A DNA stretch of 64,000 nucleotides, taken from NCBI GenBank assembly GCA_045617905.1, contig JAZLJO010000020.1, forward strand, positions 12,818 to 76,817. Direction: 5' to 3'. Source of the DNA: Candidatus Enterousia sp. (GTDB taxonomy: Bacteria; Pseudomonadota; Alphaproteobacteria; Rs-D84). Under the pieces are notes generated by a model. That model had not been told where the DNA came from and searched no databases. It was given only the letters and a program-made list of their open reading frames with translations. Positions 56,100 through 64,000 of this stretch are shown in pieces (positions within the stretch are counted from its first letter, which is position 1; each line of letters opens with the position of its first letter). The position numbers and the translations under genes are program-made.

Positions 56100-58517
56100 A
56101 TGAATAATTTTTTTGAATACTTTGCAGGTAGTGGATTTCCGATGACTATGCTTGTTTTATCTATGGCAGTCATACTGGTTTTTATTGCGTTGATGATATA
56201 TTTACCTGTTTTAACACGGCGTATTTTGCCAAAATTTGGATATGGTAGTTATTCTCAGTATTTACCATTTAATACTGTATACAATGATAATTCGTTACAA
56301 TTGATTAATGGTGCATTGGTGCGTGTTTATCGTGTTGCAGGTATACAAACAAGTATGCAAAATCCAACAGCACACGAAAAATTTTTGGATTTACGTGCCA
56401 GTTTATTTAATCAAATTCGTGATCCAAATGTAATAATTCGTTTTTTTACTGTTCGTAATGCGTCTGATGAAAATACAGATTATGAATTTGATCAACCGGT
56501 ATTACAAAAAATATACGATAAATGGCAATCACGGGGGTTGCGGATATTTTTAAATGATTATTATATTGTTTTATCTGTTTATGGTGCGAATTCACGTGAA
56601 AAACTGAATCAATATGGAAATTATATAGAATCTGTTTTAGCAGCATATAAACCGACATTATTGAAAAATAATTTAACAGATAATATGGCACGTTTTTTTG
56701 GTCGGATTTTATCACCAATTACAAAACCACAGCCCATTGTATGTGATAACAGTATTGCAGATGTTACAACTGTTGATGATATTAAATTTTTAAAAAATGG
56801 TTATGTTCAATATACCAGTGGTGATAAAAATTCATTTTCTGCAATGATATCATTTAAAATATCCCCAGATTATATGGATGAAGAATTCTTTTCGGCAATT
56901 TCAACAATACAAACAGAAATGATTTGTATGAATGCATTTCATATAATGGGAACAGCGGATATTCAAAATGTTTTACGTCAACGACGTGCGACGGCAAATG
57001 ATGATAATTTTGAAACAACAGAACAACAAATTGATGTTGCAAAAAATGCAATGGATGAAAATATTGTTGGAAATCAAAATTTGGTTAATTATTACCCATT
57101 ATTTGTTTTGTATGCAGACAATATTGATGAATTAAATAAATATATTGATGAATTTAAAAAAATATCTGCATCATATGGTGTATCACCGATTGTTGAAACA
57201 TATGCAGCAAAAGTTTCGTGGTTTTCATTAATTCCTGGTTTTGATACATTTCCACGCAGTTTCAAAATGTTATCAAAAACGGCTGCCACCAGTATACCAA
57301 TGGATTCACAACCACGTGGTGTTGCAAATTCTGATTGGGGATCAGGACCATTAGTTGTTTTTCCAACAGCCCAGGGAACACCGTATCAATTTCAATTTCA
57401 TGTATCAGATAAACCGGCCGCTGTTGGACATACAATGACAATTGGACCAACGGGCGGTGGTAAGACAACATTATTCAGTTTTTTAATTTCACAATCATTA
57501 CGTCACCCAAAATTAAAGGCATTTTTCTTTGATCGTAATCATGGTGCCGAAATATTTACATTGGCGGTTGGTGGTAAATACATTACAATGCAGGGACGGG
57601 AAAAAAATGAATCTGGTATATCATTTCAAACCCGTTTAAATCCATTAAAAATGTCTGATACGGCGGCAAATCGTGCATTTTTGCGTCGTTGGTTTTCAAT
57701 AATTACGGGTGCAACGGACCCAGAATCTGCTGATGAAATTGCACGTGCAGTATCTGTTAATTTTGATTATTTATCTGAAAAAGACAGATTATTAAAAAAT
57801 TTATGGGAAAGTTGTTTTTCTGCATCCGGCAATGTCAGATCACAATTAAAAAAATGGATTGATCCATTACAATACGGGGATATGTTTAATGAAGAAAATG
57901 ATACACTGGATTTACAATCACGATTAACAACATTTGATTTTACGGATGTTTTACAGGATGAAACATTGGCCCCAGCAGTGTTATCGTATATATTACACAG
58001 AATAAACAATATTACAGTATCCGGTGGTAACCCATCACTGATAATGATTGATGAAACGGCACCAATGTTAGAAAATAAAATGTTTCGTGATAATTTTATT
58101 GCTGGTTTACAAGAGGGGCGAAAAAATCGTCAGGCATATATGGTGGCATTCCAACGTGCAAATATTTTAGATAAATTGGGCATAGGTGATGTTGCACGTG
58201 GGCAAATTCAAACGGTAATGTTTTTCAGGAATCCTGCAGCGGATGCAAATGATTATTCACATTGGAATTTAAATCCGTTGGAAATGGATTTTATACGTGG
58301 ACGTGCATATCCAAATTTGAAACGTGCGGTGTTGTTATCCCGTCCTGTAACCGGTGAATCTGTAATATTGAATACGGAATTGGGTGGTTTGGGTAATATG
58401 TTACGGTTATTTGAATCAGGTCGTCCATCTGTATTATTGGCCGAAGAATTGTATTCACAATACGGTAATGCATTTGTTTCCGAATATTTAAAAAAACAGG
58501 GGGCAGGTGACCTGTAA
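56100..58517 (+). CDS. virB4: type IV secretion system ATPase VirB4
   Basis: About 805 aa. Walker A GPTGGGKTT and Walker B-like SLIMIDETAP. Follows virB3. ATG 56100 or TTG 56091. Confidence 0.9.
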   Translation: MNNFFEYFAGSGFPMTMLVLSMAVILVFIALMIYLPVLTRRILPKFGYGSYSQYLPFNTVYNDNSLQLINGALVRVYRVAGIQTSMQNPTAHEKFLDLRASLFNQIRDPNVIIRFFTVRNASDENTDYEFDQPVLQKIYDKWQSRGLRIFLNDYYIVLSVYGANSREKLNQYGNYIESVLAAYKPTLLKNNLTDNMARFFGRILSPITKPQPIVCDNSIADVTTVDDIKFLKNGYVQYTSGDKNSFSAMISFKISPDYMDEEFFSAISTIQTEMICMNAFHIMGTADIQNVLRQRRATANDDNFETTEQQIDVAKNAMDENIVGNQNLVNYYPLFVLYADNIDELNKYIDEFKKISASYGVSPIVETYAAKVSWFSLIPGFDTFPRSFKMLSKTAATSIPMDSQPRGVANSDWGSGPLVVFPTAQGTPYQFQFHVSDKPAAVGHTMTIGPTGGGKTTLFSFLISQSLRHPKLKAFFFDRNHGAEIFTLAVGGKYITMQGREKNESGISFQTRLNPLKMSDTAANRAFLRRWFSIITGATDPESADEIARAVSVNFDYLSEKDRLLKNLWESCFSASGNVRSQLKKWIDPLQYGDMFNEENDTLDLQSRLTTFDFTDVLQDETLAPAVLSYILHRINNITVSGGNPSLIMIDETAPMLENKMFRDNFIAGLQEGRKNRQAYMVAFQRANILDKLGIGDVARGQIQTVMFFRNPAADANDYSHWNLNPLEMDFIRGRAYPNLKRAVLLSRPVTGESVILNTELGGLGNMLRLFESGRPSVLLAEELYSQYGNAFVSEYLKKQGAGDL

Positions 58518-58525
58518 TAATAAAA

Positions 58526-59146
58526 ATGTTTTGGTCAAAAATATTGATATTATTCATGTTTTTTTTACCATTTGTTTCAAATGCATCAGATGATTGTTTA
58601 GCGTATAAATTACATCCAAATGTAAATATAATAACCCCGGTATGGACAAAACAGGTTGTTCAACCATTACGTGAAATGGATTTATTACATGGAAATGTAA
58701 TTGCAACAATGACCGATAATTATGAAATAATTGCCGATATTACACAAATTGAAGATGGTTATTGTGTTTCATTAAAAAGTGTAGATGCATCTGTAGGATA
58801 CAGTGATTTTTTGGTTCAAATTGATATACGACATATACCAGATACATGTTCATATAACGCAATATTAACACACGAAGATGAACATATACGTGCATACATG
58901 TCGATTATGGATGAATTTAATAATGATTTAAAAAAATCAATACAAATTGCATCCGATTCAATAACACCAATATTTGTTCGTGATGCCACAGATATTGATA
59001 CGGCGGTTGATAAAATGAACGAAGATTTGCGTTCACATCCAGATTTAATATTGATTATGCAAAAAATAAAGGCTGTCGAAGAAATACGTAATCGTCGTGT
59101 TGATATTAATGATACAGGGGCTGCATTAAAAAGATGTATTTTATAG
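58526..59146 (+). CDS. secreted HExxH protein (possible DUF922-like Zn-protease)
   Basis: Signal peptide MFWSKILILFMFFLPFVSNA, then ...CVSLKSVDASVGYSDFLVQIDIRHIPDTCSYNAILTHEDEHIRAY. Confidence 0.4.
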   Translation: MFWSKILILFMFFLPFVSNASDDCLAYKLHPNVNIITPVWTKQVVQPLREMDLLHGNVIATMTDNYEIIADITQIEDGYCVSLKSVDASVGYSDFLVQIDIRHIPDTCSYNAILTHEDEHIRAYMSIMDEFNNDLKKSIQIASDSITPIFVRDATDIDTAVDKMNEDLRSHPDLILIMQKIKAVEEIRNRRVDINDTGAALKRCIL

Positions 59147-59232
59147 TTTTACGTTTTTTTTGATAATAATTTTTTATCTTTCATGTAACAGAAAATTATG
59201 ATAATATTTTATTATATAGATTAAGAGAGAAT

Positions 59233-60987
59233 ATGATACCATTGCCGAAAATTTTACCAATTGCATTTGCGTTGGCCACGTATGGTGTACATGCGTCGCC
59301 TGTGCCAACGACGGCCGGTGATAATTTGACTGCATTTAACAGTAATAATGGTTTAGGAATTGGTAATAATTGGAATTCAATGGTCAGCGGCCGCAGTTCT
59401 GCCACCACCGCACCAGAGGCAAATTTTGGAAATTGTAATGCGATAATTATGCGTTGTGCGACACCAAAATGTTCGTCGGGTGGGTGTACAGATATGTCTG
59501 TGGCGTCATCAATTGTTGCCGGATGTGTTGCATCCAAAGAAGAATGTCAAAAATATGGCGATGAATTAGTTAATTATATTGCAGCACAATTGGTTGCAAA
59601 TTCCACAGCACGTGCGAATCAAATGGCGGCAGATGCACAAAATTCTGCGGCACAAATGGCGGCCCAACAAAGTGCACAACAAATTCAACAAATGCAACAG
59701 CAGATGCAACAAATGCAGCAAGAAATGGCAGCACAAAATCAGGCAACTGTTTCACAATTGCAAAACGCATTAGAAGAACAAAAACGTGTTGCCGCCCAGG
59801 CTCAGGCGGCGGCCATTGCCCAGGCAACAAATCCAATAAATGTATCAGATTCACAGATTAATGCGGCACAAAATGGTGTTTCATCAGATGTTTTGATTCG
59901 TGAACAAATTTCAGGCCAGATTTTATCAAAAATAGAAAATGCTGAAACGCAATTAAAAACATTAAAGGCCGTAATGAAAACAACATTTGATTATGCGGGC
60001 TGTGATTCAACGGGCAGTAATTGTACTGGACCAAAACGTGTGAAAAAATTTAAACAAAATGCAATGGAATTTTTTGATCCGTATGAAAACGTTTTGGATG
60101 AATTATACGATGCATTGACATTGGCACAAACGGTTGGTGTTGATTTAACGAATATTTATTTAATGTTAAATGGCACATGCAATGTATGGGGCGAATATGT
60201 GTGTTCTAATGTTGGTGCAGGTAGAAAAATTGAAGAAGAAGTGAAAGAAGGAAATTGTAGATTAATTAAATTATTAAATAACGAAGATGATGTAAAAACA
60301 AGTTGGTTAAACCCAGAAAATGGTAGGGGTGGCGAGGTTCGTATTGCCTGCGCGTCAGAGGCATTAGAAACATCCACATTATTTAAAAACCGCAGAAAGG
60401 CATCAAATATAGATATTGAAACGTTAAAACGTATCATTGAACAGGACAGCATCCGTTCAGGCCGCAATAAAAAATTGGAAAATGATGATATTGTAAAATA
60501 TTGTGCAATAACATCACATGATTATGGAAATTTATTAAAATATACGGCATCAAAAAAATTACCAGACAAAATTTGTATTAGCGAGTCTGGTTTAAAAAGT
60601 TCGCATGATTATATTGCAAATGATAGTTCTATAATGGAGAATAGAAGAAATCTTTGTGAGGAAAAAATAGTTGAAAAAGAACTTGTGTACGACGATGATG
60701 ATAATTATGAAATAGTGGAAATTCAACCGGCAAAGAATGATGCTATATGGTCTGAATATTTGGGACAGTGTTTTTGTTATGATTCTAATGAATCTAGTTT
60801 AGATTACAGCATATATAAATGTGATAAAAATAATAGCATTATTAGAAAGAATGTATATGAACAAAAGTTTTGTGAAGGAGCAGGTGGAGTTTATACAAAT
60901 GGAGAATGTGATTGTAGTAAATTTTTAAAAAATAAAGATAAAGATGCATTTGATAGATGTAATGGGAAAATACAAAAAGATTATTAA
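59233..60987 (+). CDS. secreted Cys-rich protein with Gln-rich coiled-coil segment
   Basis: Signal peptide ..ATYGVHA, more than 25 Cys, and AAQQSAQQIQQMQQQMQQMQQEMAAQNQ. No TM helices, so not VirB6. Confidence 0.5.
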   Translation: MIPLPKILPIAFALATYGVHASPVPTTAGDNLTAFNSNNGLGIGNNWNSMVSGRSSATTAPEANFGNCNAIIMRCATPKCSSGGCTDMSVASSIVAGCVASKEECQKYGDELVNYIAAQLVANSTARANQMAADAQNSAAQMAAQQSAQQIQQMQQQMQQMQQEMAAQNQATVSQLQNALEEQKRVAAQAQAAAIAQATNPINVSDSQINAAQNGVSSDVLIREQISGQILSKIENAETQLKTLKAVMKTTFDYAGCDSTGSNCTGPKRVKKFKQNAMEFFDPYENVLDELYDALTLAQTVGVDLTNIYLMLNGTCNVWGEYVCSNVGAGRKIEEEVKEGNCRLIKLLNNEDDVKTSWLNPENGRGGEVRIACASEALETSTLFKNRRKASNIDIETLKRIIEQDSIRSGRNKKLENDDIVKYCAITSHDYGNLLKYTASKKLPDKICISESGLKSSHDYIANDSSIMENRRNLCEEKIVEKELVYDDDDNYEIVEIQPAKNDAIWSEYLGQCFCYDSNESSLDYSIYKCDKNNSIIRKNVYEQKFCEGAGGVYTNGECDCSKFLKNKDKDAFDRCNGKIQKDY

Positions 60988-60990
60988 ATA

Positions 60991-61704
60991 ATGTCGCAAT
61001 ATAAAATGAATTTTTATAAATCTGTTGTAAGCAAATTTTTTGCGGTGATTTTGTTGTGTTTTTGTATTTATTCACCGGTAAATGCAGAAAACAAAACCGG
61101 TTGTGATGACGATAATAATTCATATATAAATCCAACATTGGCGATATGCAGTACGCATGTTTATAATATCGGCAATACAGGAAATGTTACAACGTTCACA
61201 GAACGCGAATTAATGAATGAAGTTGTTGCTTTAAAAACAACCGTTGTTACACAACAAATGAAAAAACAATACGATTTTTTAGAGGCCACCCTTCGTCGTT
61301 TAAAGGCACAATTGGAAAAATCGGTTTTACAGGCTAAATTAGAGGCCAACGGTGCCGAAACATCCGATTCGAAAAACGCAAATAATATAATGCAACAATT
61401 CGAAAATTGTTCGGCATATAGTCTTGAAGATGCGGCAAAATGTTTCAAAAGAAACATAGATAAAATGCAATCATACATAAATGCGAAAAATGTTAATAAA
61501 AGTGTATTATTTAAAAAAATGTTAACAGATTGTAAAATGGCGGCCAGCAAAGCGAGTGATACTGCAAATGAATGTGAAACAAAATGTAATAAGGATTTAA
61601 AAAACAATAAAGAATCCATAGAATCATGTATAGATATACTTAATAATGAAGTATCTAAAATGTATGATGAGGTTGAGAAACGAAAGTATTATAATAATAA
61701 ATAA
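60991..61704 (+). CDS. secreted helical Cys-containing protein (possible VirB5/TrbJ-like; very tentative)
   Basis: Signal peptide ..CIYSPVNA, 237 aa, and a coiled-coil stretch LRRLKAQLEKSVLQAKLEA. Size and position fit VirB5, but no motif was recognised. Confidence 0.35.
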   Translation: MSQYKMNFYKSVVSKFFAVILLCFCIYSPVNAENKTGCDDDNNSYINPTLAICSTHVYNIGNTGNVTTFTERELMNEVVALKTTVVTQQMKKQYDFLEATLRRLKAQLEKSVLQAKLEANGAETSDSKNANNIMQQFENCSAYSLEDAAKCFKRNIDKMQSYINAKNVNKSVLFKKMLTDCKMAASKASDTANECETKCNKDLKNNKESIESCIDILNNEVSKMYDEVEKRKYYNNK

Positions 61705-61735
61705 AAAAATATCCCAATTTTTTGGGATATTTTTT
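61703..61735. terminator. bidirectional terminator
   Basis: AAAAAA-ATATCCCAA-TTTT-TTGGGATAT-TTTTT. Confidence 0.65.
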
Positions 61736-61736
61736 A

Positions 61737-63833
61737 TTAATCAAATTTTATAAATTCTTTGGCAACCTTTTTTATCCCACGCGTTCCAAATGCAATTGTT
61801 AATATATCACCACCATCTTCTAAAACAACACCATGGCCCATTTCAATATGTGAAACCAATTTACCAACCAACGATTTTTTTACCGTTTCGGTTGTTTTTA
61901 CGTGTTTATATGTTTTTTGTGTATCGTATGATGGTGTATAACTGCGGGCGTATGGATTTACAGCAGCACCCTGAAAGTCTAAAAATTTATTATCCATTTC
62001 GGTTATAAACCGTGATGGTGAATTATATTTGATTTCACCAAAAATTAATCGTTGCATGGCGTTTGATATAATTACGCGTTTACGGCCGCGTGTTATCGCA
62101 ACGTATGCTAATCGGCGTTCTTCTTCTAAACTGCCGTCATTTGTGGATTTTTCGTTTGGAAATATACCATCTTCCCATGCCGGTAAAAATACTGTATCAA
62201 ATTCCAACCCTTTTGCGGCGTGTATCGTCATAATGCTTACCGCATCATTATTATTTTCAGCATCATCAGAATCATTATCATCTGTCATCATTAATGCAGC
62301 ATGTTCTAAAAAATCAGCCAATGTATCGTATTTTGAAATCACGTTCGTTATTAATTCACGAATGTTATCCAATCGATCAGATGCATCCGGATCTTTGGAT
62401 TCGCGCCACATTTTTATATAACCAGATTTATCCAATAATGTTTGTGCGGCATCCTTTGGTGAAACCAAATCCCACGTAAAATCAAATGCATTTAAAAAAT
62501 CATTTGCAGCCGCCCGTAATTTTGGCGCCAATTGTGCTGATTTTAAACCAGACATTAAATTTGAACCACATGATCGCAGACGTGCAATCGCCGCGGGCCC
62601 AAAACCACGTCGTGGTTTTGCAATAACGCGTAAAAATGATAAATCATCAAATGGATATACCAATAACCGTAAATATGCAATTGCATCACGTATTTCTGTA
62701 CGATCATAGAATTTTGTTGCACCAACCAATTTATATGGTAATCCGCGTGATGCAAATTCTTCTTCAAATAATCGTGATAATGCACCCGCGCGAATTAAAA
62801 CAGCATGAGTATTATATGGTAAATCATTTGGTTTTCGTTCAATTGCATCGGCGATAACACGGACCTCGTCCCGATCGGATGGGACGGTTAAAACATACAC
62901 CGGTTCCCCATTATTTTGTTCATTTGCGGCACGTAAATCTTTGCCCAAACGTCCTTGGTTGTGACGAATTAACGAATTGGCAGCCCCTAAAATATTTGAT
63001 GTGCTGCGATAATTTATTTCCAAACGAATTACTGTTGCACCAGGAAAAGTTTTTTCAAATTCTAAAATGTTTTTAATCTCGGCACCACGCCACGAATATA
63101 TGGATTGATCATCATCACCGACACAACATATATTTGGCATATCAATATCACGTGTTAACATTTCTAATAATTGCATCTGGGCACGATTGGTATCTTGAAA
63201 TTCATCAACTAAGATATATTTAAATTGTTTTTTATATCGTTCCAAAATATCTGGAGATGTATCGAATAATTTTAATACCATAAATATCAAATCACCAAAA
63301 TCAACCGCACCCAAACGTGACATTTCCGCATTATATGCATTTATGATTTTTGTTGTGATTGTATTACCGTCACCGATATTATTTACCAAACCACGATCTT
63401 TTATTGTGGAAATTCGTTCAACCCAATCAGATGGATTATAATCCTTGATATCCAACCCCATTTCCGTCAAAACACCCTTTAAAACGGTTTTTTGCTCGTC
63501 CGGTCCGTAAATTAGGAAATCTGGCCGTAATCCAGCAGCACCAGCATTTGCACGCAATATACGTAAACAGATTGAATGAAATGTTCCACACCACAATCCT
63601 GCCGATTTTTCATTTGTAAATGCAGCAATCCGTGTTTTCATTTCATTTGCGGCCTTGTTTGTAAATGTTAATGCCAATATTTGCCACGGCATGGCCAGAC
63701 CACGGGCCAAAATATATGCAATCCGGGTTGTTAATACACACGTTTTACCAGTTCCTGCCCCAGATAATACCAATAATGGACCATCGGTTGTTTCGACCGC
63801 CAATTTTTGATTTGGATTAAGATTTTCTAGCAT
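61737..63833 (-). CDS. uvrD: UvrD/Rep/PcrA-family DNA helicase
   Basis: Start at ATG 63833 (MLENLNPNQKLAV). GAGTGKT, VDEFQDTN, YRS, and TIHAAKGLEF. Confidence 0.9.
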   Translation of the reverse strand: MLENLNPNQKLAVETTDGPLLVLSGAGTGKTCVLTTRIAYILARGLAMPWQILALTFTNKAANEMKTRIAAFTNEKSAGLWCGTFHSICLRILRANAGAAGLRPDFLIYGPDEQKTVLKGVLTEMGLDIKDYNPSDWVERISTIKDRGLVNNIGDGNTITTKIINAYNAEMSRLGAVDFGDLIFMVLKLFDTSPDILERYKKQFKYILVDEFQDTNRAQMQLLEMLTRDIDMPNICCVGDDDQSIYSWRGAEIKNILEFEKTFPGATVIRLEINYRSTSNILGAANSLIRHNQGRLGKDLRAANEQNNGEPVYVLTVPSDRDEVRVIADAIERKPNDLPYNTHAVLIRAGALSRLFEEEFASRGLPYKLVGATKFYDRTEIRDAIAYLRLLVYPFDDLSFLRVIAKPRRGFGPAAIARLRSCGSNLMSGLKSAQLAPKLRAAANDFLNAFDFTWDLVSPKDAAQTLLDKSGYIKMWRESKDPDASDRLDNIRELITNVISKYDTLADFLEHAALMMTDDNDSDDAENNNDAVSIMTIHAAKGLEFDTVFLPAWEDGIFPNEKSTNDGSLEEERRLAYVAITRGRKRVIISNAMQRLIFGEIKYNSPSRFITEMDNKFLDFQGAAVNPYARSYTPSYDTQKTYKHVKTTETVKKSLVGKLVSHIEMGHGVVLEDGGDILTIAFGTRGIKKVAKEFIKFD

Positions 63834-63899
63834 TAAATTCACCCAATGATTATAATGCATATCGCAATTGTTATCAAAAGTTATTTTATGGGGGTAAAG

Positions 63900-64000
63900 A
63901 TGGCACGTGTTATATGTTTTGATATCGAAACAACGGGATTAGATTATTTAAAGGGTGACCGTTGTATCGAAATTGGGGCCGTTGAAATGATAGATGGACA
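63900..64000 (+). CDS. dnaQ: DNA polymerase III epsilon subunit (3-prime to 5-prime exonuclease), N-terminal fragment at the window edge
   Basis: MARVICFDIETTGLDYLKGDRCIEIGAVEMIDG is the Exo I motif DxETTG..IEIGAV. Confidence 0.7.
   Translation, partial: MARVICFDIETTGLDYLKGDRCIEIGAVEMIDG

Overview
AT-rich bacterial chromosome segment. Gene content and order suggest a reduced-genome alphaproteobacterium, Rickettsiales/Holosporales-like: alpha-type SspB, rpoH, yfgM-bamB-der, a scattered virB3-virB4, type-2 IleRS, Zn-less L36. This placement is an inference, since no search could be run. Most of the window is housekeeping: mutS (partial), xseB, pal, infC (AUU start), tolC-macAB, recF, sspB, nth, ileS, mnmG, fabGD, queH, metG, parAB, rsmG, gpsA, rpoH, bamB, der, pheST, rplT, rpmI, mreCD-mrdA-rodA, topA, dnaG, ychF, rpmJ, uvrD-like helicase and dnaQ (partial). 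There are three tRNAs (Cys-GCA, Thr-CGU, Val-GAC) and one decayed tRNA-Val copy. Accessory content is concentrated at 15.1-22.9 kb. It consists of a repeat/operator-like array next to tRNA-Thr, a type III R-M system (mod-res), and a visibly more AT-rich, translationally coupled four-gene module (DUF4417-like protein, a small His-rich protein, and proteins built from a repeated ~90-aa domain). That module is bracketed by two diverged, same-orientation copies of a GC-enriched, strongly self-complementary ~160-180 bp element, which I could not assign to any RNA or mobile-element family I know. The copy upstream of mod carries mutually exclusive hairpins with attenuator logic. A second accessory-like block (55.7-61.7 kb) is virB3-virB4 followed by three signal-peptide proteins (one with HExxH, one Cys- and Gln-rich) instead of virB6. 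No CRISPR array, integrase or transposase was seen. All calls rest on reading the sequence and ORF translations and on remembered family motifs. GC statements are by eye, not computed.
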